52,210 bases of DNA from a virus (lineage: Duplodnaviria; Caudoviricetes). Each line of letters opens with the position of its first letter. The first letter of the stretch is position 1. This document shows positions 45,421 to 52,210 of this stretch, in pieces. The notes beneath the pieces are model-generated. The model saw only the letters and a list, made by a program, of their open reading frames with translations. It made no database searches and was not told where the DNA came from. The position numbers and the translations under genes are program-made. The stretch is from positions 1 through 52,210 of IMG/VR virus record IMGVR_UViG_3300044515_000086. One strand, 5' to 3'.

Positions 45421-45861
45421 ATGCCGATCCGCCCCGAAAACCTCGCTCGCTACCCTGCTGACTGGCAGCAGATCCGGGAGCGGATCCGCAAGCGCGCCGG
45501 CAACCAGTGTGAGGAGTGCGGCGTCGCGAACTACGCGCTCGGCGGGCGCCTGCGCGACGGCACTTGGTATAAGGCACTCCCCCTCGGGGACAACGGCCTG
45601 GCGCTGCAGTGGCCGGCGGCTGGCAGCTGGGCATGGTGCGAGCGATTCGGTCATCACATGATGCTGCGCATCGTCAAGATTGTTTGCACGACTGCGCACC
45701 TCGATCACGTTCCGGAGCATTGCTGGGACGACAACCTGCGCTTCTGGTGCCAGCGATGCCATCTGCGTTACGACCACGCAGAGCACCAGCGCCATGCCTA
45801 CGAGACCCGGCGCGCCGGCCGCGCGATCGAGATGTTCCCAACACAGGAGTCAACGGGATGA
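45421..45861 (+). CDS. HNH-like Zn-binding protein
   Basis: YPADW...CEECG...TAHLDH...NLRFWCQRCH. Confidence 0.75.
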   Translation: MPIRPENLARYPADWQQIRERIRKRAGNQCEECGVANYALGGRLRDGTWYKALPLGDNGLALQWPAAGSWAWCERFGHHMMLRIVKIVCTTAHLDHVPEHCWDDNLRFWCQRCHLRYDHAEHQRHAYETRRAGRAIEMFPTQESTG

Positions 45862-45983
45862 GCAAAACACCGTGTAAGAAGTGCGGCGGCACCGATTTCA
45901 CGCCAGGCGGCGCCTGCAGGCCGTGCAAGCGCGCAGTCAACGATGCGTATCGCGCCAAGCACGCGGGGGGGGTAGCGCTGTGA
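45858..45983 (+). CDS. Small Zn-finger-like peptide
   Basis: CKKC...CRPC; 4-bp overlaps. Confidence 0.45.
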   Translation: MSKTPCKKCGGTDFTPGGACRPCKRAVNDAYRAKHAGGVAL

Positions 45984-46195
45984 AGTCAAAAGCGAAAGCC
46001 ACGCCGAAATCAGCCACTGCGCCGCTGCGCCTCGAGATCGATCCTTGCTTCGGATATAGCGCCGCCGTCAATGGCGAAGGTTATCTCGAGATCCAGCAGC
46101 GCGATCAGAAAGGGGACATAACTGATTCGGTGCTCATGTCGCGCACCGAGTTTCGCCAGCTCGTCGACAAATTCACGCCATGGGCAGCTACATGA
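45980..46195 (+). CDS. Hypothetical protein
   Basis: Coupled ORF. Confidence 0.5.
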   Translation: MKSKAKATPKSATAPLRLEIDPCFGYSAAVNGEGYLEIQQRDQKGDITDSVLMSRTEFRQLVDKFTPWAAT

Positions 46196-46437
46196 AATTC
46201 AAGAAAGGCGATCTCGTTCGGATCGTGGCTGTCGATGCGAGCTCGAACCCGCACGCCGGGAAGATCGCACTCGTCACCGGACATTGCGTGTGCTTCTGCT
46301 CGGCGATATCGCTGCTGCCGTTCTATCGCCTGGATGGCCTGCAGGCCTGCTGTCGAGAAGACACGCTGCGCTTGATCGGCGGCGATCGCGCTGATTCGGA
46401 CGTTCAGGAAACTCGCGACGAACCGGTGGCGGCGTGA
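46192..46437 (+). CDS. Small KOW/SH3-like protein
   Basis: MKFKKGDLVRIV...CVC. Confidence 0.5.
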   Translation: MKFKKGDLVRIVAVDASSNPHAGKIALVTGHCVCFCSAISLLPFYRLDGLQACCREDTLRLIGGDRADSDVQETRDEPVAA

Positions 46438-46619
46438 AATCGCTATCCAAGGCGCAGCAACGTGCGAAGGCGCTTCTCAGTGTAGGACCGCTGCATAGAT
46501 GCAGCGATGGCTGGAAGACCGCTGGCGGCCAATTTGTCGCGCTGATTGTCATCAAGAAGCTGCGGGTGGCCGGGCTCGCGAAGCTCTCGACCGATCGGCG
46601 CTCGGTGCATCCGGCATGA
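46434..46619 (+). CDS. Small basic hypothetical protein
   Basis: 61 aa, coupled ORF. Confidence 0.45.
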   Translation: MKSLSKAQQRAKALLSVGPLHRCSDGWKTAGGQFVALIVIKKLRVAGLAKLSTDRRSVHPA

Positions 46620-46975
46620 GTGTAATGACCGCATCGGACCATCGGCGCATCGAGGAACTCGCGGAGAAGCGGTTCAGCGTCGGCCGGATCGCTCAACTGA
46701 TCGGCCGCAACAAATCAACGGTGAATTGGTACATGTACTGCAACGGACTGCGCGCGCCGAAGAAGCTCGAAAAGCCGATCACGTATGTGCGCGGCGGCGT
46801 TCGCGTACATCGGTTTACCGACGAAGAGGACACCTTTATCGAGGCGTTGCGGATCCAGGGATGCACGCCAGAGGCAATCGCCGGTCATGCATCCGCCAGG
46901 TTCGGCACGGAACGTAAACACCATTCAATTCGCTGCCGCCTCAAGATGCTGGCCGCCAGGGAACTCGCGGAATGA
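46616..46975 (+). CDS. Tandem-HTH DNA-binding protein
   Basis: FSVGRIAQLIGRNKSTVNW and FTDEED...EAIA...SIRCRL. Confidence 0.65.
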   Translation: MSVMTASDHRRIEELAEKRFSVGRIAQLIGRNKSTVNWYMYCNGLRAPKKLEKPITYVRGGVRVHRFTDEEDTFIEALRIQGCTPEAIAGHASARFGTERKHHSIRCRLKMLAARELAE

Positions 46976-48822
46976 GCAAGATGATCTTAGGTGCCTGGTC
47001 GGACGGCGGTGATGTAAAGCTCGACCTCGCGCGCTTGCTGCTTACTCGTATGTTGATCCAAGCGAATAGCGGCAACGGCAAGAGCTGGGCGCTGCGTAGG
47101 CTTTTCGAACGCGCCGCGGGCCTGGTGCAGCAGCTCATCGTGGATCCGGAAGGGGAATTCGCGAGCCTGCGCGAGAAGCATGATTTCGTGATCATCGCGG
47201 CGAACGGTGGCGATGCTGTCGCGCATCCTCGCACCGCCGCGTTGCTCGCAATCAGGCTCTTGGAGACCGAAGCTTCTGCCGTTCTTGATATCTCGGAGTT
47301 AAAGGCGGCCGACCGTCATACCTTCGTGCGGCTGCTGTTCGAGTCCTTGATCGATGCGCCTAAGAACCTGCGCCATCCGGTCCTGGTCGCCCTCGACGAG
47401 GCGCAAATGTTCGCTCCGGAGAAGGGCCAGGGCGAGAGCGAGGCGACTGATTCGGTGATCGACATGGCGACGCGCGGCCGCAAGCGAGGCCTGTGCCTGA
47501 TAGCGGCAACGCAGCGCATCAGCATGTTCCACAAGGGCGTCGCCGCGGAGCTGAAAAACCGCATGATCGGCGGGACGAGCCTGGACGTCGACGTGAAGCG
47601 TGCGGCGTTCGACTTAGGAATGCCGCCGAAGGATGCGCTGGTGGTCTTACGCGCGCTCGAGCCCGGGCACTTCTATGCGTTCGGTCCCGCATTGGCTCAG
47701 CTTGAGCCGCGGGAATTTGTTGTGGGTGATGTTGAGACCAGTCACCCGAAGGTTGGTCACCGGCAGGCGGCGCCGCCGAAGCCCACCGCGGCGATCGTCG
47801 CGCTGCTACCAAAACTCGCGGATCTCGCAAAGGAAGCCGAGGAGCGCGCGCGCAGCATCGATGACTTGAAGCGCGAGCTCGCCCAGGCCCGCCGCGAGCT
47901 AACCGTCGCCAAGAAACAGCAGCCCGCGCCCACGCCGGCGCCCGTCATCAAAGGAGATCCAGCGGCCGAGCGCCGGGCCGCGGCGCAGATTACAAAATTA
48001 ACCGCGGCCATCGAGGAACTCATGAAATTCATCGTGACGGTAACGGCCAAGGATTTCGAGGGCACCGCTGGCATCGACGTCGAAGCCATGCGCAAGGCGA
48101 TCGAGGCAGCTGTGGAACAGTCTCGTCGGCTCGTCGAGAAATCGATGGATGTGCGCAACGCGCAGTTGAAGTCTCTGCAGTCGGAAGCCTCGAAGATCGT
48201 CACACGCGTGCGCAAGCTGCTCGATTCTCAAGAGGTCAAGATCGAACTTGAGGTAAAGAAGAATGCGCCGTTCACAGTGGCGCCCACGCCAACGCGCGCG
48301 CCGGCGGCGCCGCGGCCGCCACCTAAATCAAATGGCGCGTCCGAATCTGGTCTGAGTACTCCGCGCCAGCTGATATTGGATAAGTTGGCATGGCTCGAAT
48401 CGATGGACCTGTATCCGGCTCCTAAGGAAACGCTGGCTGCGGTCTGCGGCGTAAGCCCCACGTCCGGCGGCTACTTCAATAATTTAGGTGCGCTGCGCTC
48501 ATCAGGCCACATCGATTATCCGCAGCCCGGCATGGTGGGATTTACTGATGCCGGTCGCGCGGCCTCCAATCCTCCGGATGGCGATGGTCGCGAAGTGCAC
48601 GAGCATTGGCTCGATATCGTCAGCACTCCACAGCGGGCGATCCTGGCCGCGCTCATCGCTAAGCACCCCAACGCGATGGGGAAGGATGAGCTCGCCGGCG
48701 AGATCGGCGTCTCATCGACGAGCGGCGGGTATTTCAACAATCTCGGACGACTGCGCACGCTTGGAGCTATCGACTATCCCTCGCCCGGTCAAGTAAATCT
48801 CACGCAGTACGTGATGCCGTGA
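46972..48822 (+). CDS. HerA/FtsK-like P-loop ATPase with coiled coil and duplicated C-terminal domain
   Basis: ANSGNGKS, IVDPEGEF, ALDEAQ and RGRKRG...ATQR motifs; two SGGYFNNLGxLR...IDYP repeats. Confidence 0.85.
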   Translation: MSKMILGAWSDGGDVKLDLARLLLTRMLIQANSGNGKSWALRRLFERAAGLVQQLIVDPEGEFASLREKHDFVIIAANGGDAVAHPRTAALLAIRLLETEASAVLDISELKAADRHTFVRLLFESLIDAPKNLRHPVLVALDEAQMFAPEKGQGESEATDSVIDMATRGRKRGLCLIAATQRISMFHKGVAAELKNRMIGGTSLDVDVKRAAFDLGMPPKDALVVLRALEPGHFYAFGPALAQLEPREFVVGDVETSHPKVGHRQAAPPKPTAAIVALLPKLADLAKEAEERARSIDDLKRELAQARRELTVAKKQQPAPTPAPVIKGDPAAERRAAAQITKLTAAIEELMKFIVTVTAKDFEGTAGIDVEAMRKAIEAAVEQSRRLVEKSMDVRNAQLKSLQSEASKIVTRVRKLLDSQEVKIELEVKKNAPFTVAPTPTRAPAAPRPPPKSNGASESGLSTPRQLILDKLAWLESMDLYPAPKETLAAVCGVSPTSGGYFNNLGALRSSGHIDYPQPGMVGFTDAGRAASNPPDGDGREVHEHWLDIVSTPQRAILAALIAKHPNAMGKDELAGEIGVSSTSGGYFNNLGRLRTLGAIDYPSPGQVNLTQYVMP

Positions 48823-49097
48823 GCTTCAAGGCAGGCGACATGGCAGTGGTGATCGCGGTGCCGGGGGCCATCTATCCCAATGATGCGCTGCCCGGCACCA
48901 TTGTCACGATCGTCAGCGCATGCAGTTGCATATTCACGCTGCTCACCGGCACGCCTTACTGGGTGATCGATGCACCCTCGAAGCGCCGGCTGTGCGCCGC
49001 TGAGCCGACGTTGCGCAAGATCGACGGTGAGAGTCGCCAGCTGGTGCGCTGGGATACGGTGCCCTGGCAGCCGCAGCGCGAAGAGATGCCGGCGTGA
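48819..49097 (+). CDS. Small KOW/SH3-like protein
   Basis: FKAGDMAVVI...CSC; resembles the 46192 gene. Confidence 0.5.
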   Translation: MSFKAGDMAVVIAVPGAIYPNDALPGTIVTIVSACSCIFTLLTGTPYWVIDAPSKRRLCAAEPTLRKIDGESRQLVRWDTVPWQPQREEMPA

Positions 49098-49215
49098 AGT
49101 GGCGCGCCATGCTCGGCGATCAGTTCATCGATGTCGAGGCCGACACGGAAGCGGCCGCCCAGGAGCAGGCGTTCGCGAAATTCGTACGTGATCTGTCACC
49201 AGCGGATTTCACGGC

Positions 49216-49665
49216 ATGGGAGACCGGGCCGCAGGATGCGTGGGCTGGGGAGCAATCGACGTGAGCATCGGCGGAATGCGTAGCGAGCTTGAGTACGCGC
49301 TCCTCGAGTGGCAGAACGCCGGCGCGCCCGCGTCCAGCGTGGTGATCATGCTCGAGGGATTTATAGAGAACGTGGTCGAGCAGCGGCTGCGGACACCGAC
49401 GCTGCCGCAAGAGTTTCTCGACGGCGACGCCGTGCTGTTGGTTCGCGCCCTGCGCTACATGGCTCACGACGACGAGCATTGTGGAATGCTCGAATGGCAG
49501 AACGCTGCCGATCACTTTCGCACATCATTCGGCGTGCCGATCGATGCGCCCAAATGCAAGTGCGGCATGATCAAGTTGGCACTCGAAATAGAGCGGGCGT
49601 TCTATCGTAACGCGGCGATCCCGGTACAGCACCGCGAGGAGCTGCTCGGTATGGGGGAGGGCTAA
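49216..49665 (+). CDS. Hypothetical protein (start uncertain)
   Basis: Open frame abutting the next gene. Confidence 0.45.
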   Translation: MGDRAAGCVGWGAIDVSIGGMRSELEYALLEWQNAGAPASSVVIMLEGFIENVVEQRLRTPTLPQEFLDGDAVLLVRALRYMAHDDEHCGMLEWQNAADHFRTSFGVPIDAPKCKCGMIKLALEIERAFYRNAAIPVQHREELLGMGEG

Positions 49666-49941
49666 GTGAAATTCCGCAAAAAGCCGGTTGTGATCGAGGC
49701 GTATCAGATCCCCGTAAATCGCGACCACACTGCCGTGATGCCTCCCGCGTGGCTCCTCAAAGCAATCATGGACGAGGTGGTCGTTGCCGACCAGGCGACA
49801 GGCTGCATCCACATCAAGACGCTGGAAGGGGAGATGGTCGGCAACCCCGGCGACTGGATAATCAAAGGCGTCAAGGATGAACTGTATCCAGTCAAAAATG
49901 ACATTTTTCGCCAGACGTACGAGGCGGTCGATGCCGCATAA
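49666..49941 (+). CDS. Conserved small phage protein
   Basis: KFRKKPVVIEA...IKTLEG...GDWIIKGVKDELYPVKNDIFRQTYE. Confidence 0.8.
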   Translation: MKFRKKPVVIEAYQIPVNRDHTAVMPPAWLLKAIMDEVVVADQATGCIHIKTLEGEMVGNPGDWIIKGVKDELYPVKNDIFRQTYEAVDAA

Positions 49942-50082
49942 AGATCCAGAGACCGCGAAGGCATGGCGGCGCAACTGGTGGAAGACGGCCCACAAGGCCC
50001 GGTCAGATCAGAATGCAGCTGCGCGGCGGCGTCACGAGGAAATCAACACCTTTCTGCGCCGGCAGAAGCGGAGGAACTGTCA

Positions 50083-50274
50083 ATGATCCCTGAGCTGCTG
50101 TGGGAGCTAAATCCCAACCTCGACGCGGCCGCGAAGGTGCGCCTACATGCGCTAGCCGAGGAGGGGGGCCGCGCCAAATGCAACGCGATCATCGACAACG
50201 CAAAGGAAACGATGACGGATGAGGAGTTGGCGCTATTCCTGCCGCTGGCCATGCAGGTCATGGTGTGGATGTAG
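50083..50274 (+). CDS. Hypothetical protein
   Basis: GGAGG RBS; 63 aa. Confidence 0.45.
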   Translation: MIPELLWELNPNLDAAAKVRLHALAEEGGRAKCNAIIDNAKETMTDEELALFLPLAMQVMVWM

Positions 50275-50428
50275 CCATGGGCGATAACCGCGCCGCCTCC
50301 GTGTTGGTCGAGTGCGCGAAGTGCGGCCAGCGCTTTCAGGGCATCGTATCGGCCTTGACGCGCAAGGCCTGTCCGTTCTGCGGCGGGGAGTTGAAACCGG
50401 TGGAACCGAAAGCGAAGGAGCCGCGCTG

Positions 50429-50695
50429 ATGCCCTACGACGTGCGCGTACGCATGCCGGGCGGCAACGTCGCCTGGCTTCGCATGGCGGGGAAGCGACCG
50501 CGGCCGTGCCGGTGCGGCGCCGAGGCGACGCGCCTATGCGATTGGAAAACCGGCGCGACCTCTGGCCGGCGGCTCAAGGCCGTCACCTGCGATGAGCCGC
50601 TGTGCGACAGTTGCACATCCTCGCCGGCGCCTGACAAGGATCTGTGCCCGACCCACGCGGCCCAGTGGAAGGCGCGGACGGAGGCGCCGGCGTGA
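50429..50695 (+). CDS. Cys-rich Zn-finger-like protein
   Basis: CRCG...LCDW...TCDEPLCDSC...DLCPTH; AAGGAG RBS. Confidence 0.6.
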   Translation: MPYDVRVRMPGGNVAWLRMAGKRPRPCRCGAEATRLCDWKTGATSGRRLKAVTCDEPLCDSCTSSPAPDKDLCPTHAAQWKARTEAPA

Positions 50696-50816
50696 CCCAC
50701 CGCCATTTCCTCATCGTCGTCGGCCGCTGGAAGCTGGAGAACTGGCACCTGTATTGCCTGCGGCCGCACCAAAACCGCAGCGGCCGGGCGCGCTGGACCA
50801 TGTGGGATCGCGTACT

Positions 50817-51023
50817 GTGAAGTGGGTAACGATCAAAAAGGCTGCCGAATTATCGGGTTACACCGAGAAGGCAATCGAGGCGAAACGAGCCGACGGCACC
50901 TGGCTGGAGAACGTCGTATGGATAAAAGCCCCGGATGGCCGTATCTTGATCTCAACGGAGGGGATCGACGCATGGGCAGAGGGTCGGGCGTGCGCGCCGC
51001 AAGCAGAACCTCAATCGAGATAA
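50817..51023 (+). CDS. xis: Excisionase
   Basis: WVTIKKAAELSGYTEKAI...GTWLENVVWIKAPDGRILI; overlaps the int start. Confidence 0.8.
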   Translation: MKWVTIKKAAELSGYTEKAIEAKRADGTWLENVVWIKAPDGRILISTEGIDAWAEGRACAPQAEPQSR

Positions 51024-52210
51024 CGTTCGAATATCGCAGCGTCCGCTGCCGCCAAAAGCTCAAGCTCCCACCCAACCATGCAAACCTCAAATATGCGCAA
51101 CGCTTCAAGGCGACGATCGAGCACGAGATCGAAACCGGCGTGTTCGACTACGCCAAGCATTTCCCGCGCAGCCCTCGCGCCAAGTTATTCGCCAAAGTGC
51201 CAGCGACAGTTGTCACCGTCGGAGAACTGCTCACCGAATGGCTGGCCTCAGTTCAACGCAAGCTCGAGCCTGAGACCTATGATCTCTACGCGCGCTACGT
51301 CCGCACGACCTGGCGTCCACGTTTCGGCCGGTCGTTCCTTGTCGACTTGACGGCGGCGCGCCTCGAGGAGTGGATCGGCGAGCAGACGACGACGCGCAAA
51401 CGTATCTTGAATCTGCTGACGCCGCTGCGCCAGGCGCTTAGGTTCGCCGTGCATCCGCAGAAGTATCTGACCGTCGATCCGATTGCGAAGATCAAGATCG
51501 AGAGGCCGGCCGGCATAAAGAAGTCCCCGATCGACCCGTTCTCCATCGCGGAGATCGACGCGATCCTCGCCGTGCTCGATCCGCCGAGAGCCAACATGGT
51601 GCAGTTTTGGGTGTGGACTGGGCTTCGCGTCGGCGAGCTCGTCGCGCTCACGTGGAATGACATCGACGCCGAGCGCAGCACGGCCAGCATCACGAAGTCA
51701 GCCCGCGGCAGCCGGCGCAAAGCGCCGAAGACCCAGGCCGGGTTGCGCGACGTCAAGCTGCTGCCGCCAGCATTAGAAGCCCTGGGGCGGCAGAAGGCGG
51801 TGACCCGACTCCTACACCGGGAGATCTTTTTAGACCCAGGCGCACCTGTCCGGTATCGCGACGCCGAGGGAAAATGGCACACGCCGACCGGCAACGTCGA
51901 GCGCAAGCCGGAGACCGTCAACCAGCCGTGGAAGAGCGACAAGGATATCCGCAAGTGGTGGCGGCAGGCATGCGTGGCGGCCGACGTGCGCTACCGGTTC
52001 CCGCGCCAGCTGCGGCACACCTATGCATCGTGGATGCTCAAGTTTCGCGAGGAGCCATTGTGGATCTCCAAGCAGATGGGCCACGCGAGCGTCTCGGAGA
52101 CGCTGGAGACCTATGCGAAGTACATTCCGAGCATGAGCCCGGACGCCGGAATGGGCGCGTACGCCGCAATTATGGCGTCGAAAAAGGACACGATTGGGAC
52201 GCGGTCGTGA
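50972..52210 (+). CDS. int: Tyrosine integrase with N-terminal arm-binding domain
   Basis: TGLRVGEL, KT, LRHTYASW and MGH...TYAKY catalytic motifs. Confidence 0.95.
   Translation: MGRGSGVRAASRTSIEITFEYRSVRCRQKLKLPPNHANLKYAQRFKATIEHEIETGVFDYAKHFPRSPRAKLFAKVPATVVTVGELLTEWLASVQRKLEPETYDLYARYVRTTWRPRFGRSFLVDLTAARLEEWIGEQTTTRKRILNLLTPLRQALRFAVHPQKYLTVDPIAKIKIERPAGIKKSPIDPFSIAEIDAILAVLDPPRANMVQFWVWTGLRVGELVALTWNDIDAERSTASITKSARGSRRKAPKTQAGLRDVKLLPPALEALGRQKAVTRLLHREIFLDPGAPVRYRDAEGKWHTPTGNVERKPETVNQPWKSDKDIRKWWRQACVAADVRYRFPRQLRHTYASWMLKFREEPLWISKQMGHASVSETLETYAKYIPSMSPDAGMGAYAAIMASKKDTIGTRS

Larger units (their letters stand above)
1..52210. mobile_element. Temperate podovirus-type prophage/phage genome (T7/BPP-1-like virion module, lambdoid control region)
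   Basis: Continuous phage gene content from lysis through structure, packaging, replication, the cro/cI switch, recombination and xis/int. att sites not identified. Confidence 0.95.

Noticed and set aside
1-52210. attL/attR repeats, tRNA or rRNA genes
   Set aside because: The window begins and ends exactly at gene boundaries; no terminal direct repeat, cloverleaf or rRNA-like sequence recognised.

Overview
The window is essentially one temperate phage or prophage of about 52 kb from a high-GC host, probably a proteobacterium. It runs from a lysis module at the left to a tyrosine integrase ending at the last base. The minus-strand arm (about 250-34500) carries lysis genes, fibre-like genes, T7/BPP-1-type podovirus ejection and tail-tubular genes, capsid, scaffold, portal, terminase, a Q-like regulator, RusA and lambdoid O/P-like replication genes. 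A lambda-like immunity switch sits at about 34300-35060 (cro, short cI, six GGTAA-N4-TTACC operators, two divergent sigma70 promoters). The plus-strand early arm encodes YqaJ recombination genes, an SMC-like ATPase, a DEDDh exonuclease, a ParB-like protein, a HerA-like ATPase, xis and int. The main finding is a complete diversity-generating retroelement (avd, TR and RT at 43668-45420). Its single template repeat feeds two tandem small C-type-lectin-like (DUF1566-like) genes, and every TR/VR mismatch falls at a TR adenine. These targets lie in the early, non-structural operon rather than the tail module. Each VR is followed by three 8-bp ATT-ending units instead of a GC hairpin. Other points of interest are a capsid-gene leader with three copies of one RNA internal loop, a hairpin-rich late leader, GNAT and 2OG-Fe(II) hydroxylase genes inside the ejection module, and signal-peptide-bearing fibre-like proteins. 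All product calls come from motif recognition and synteny; no database searches were run.
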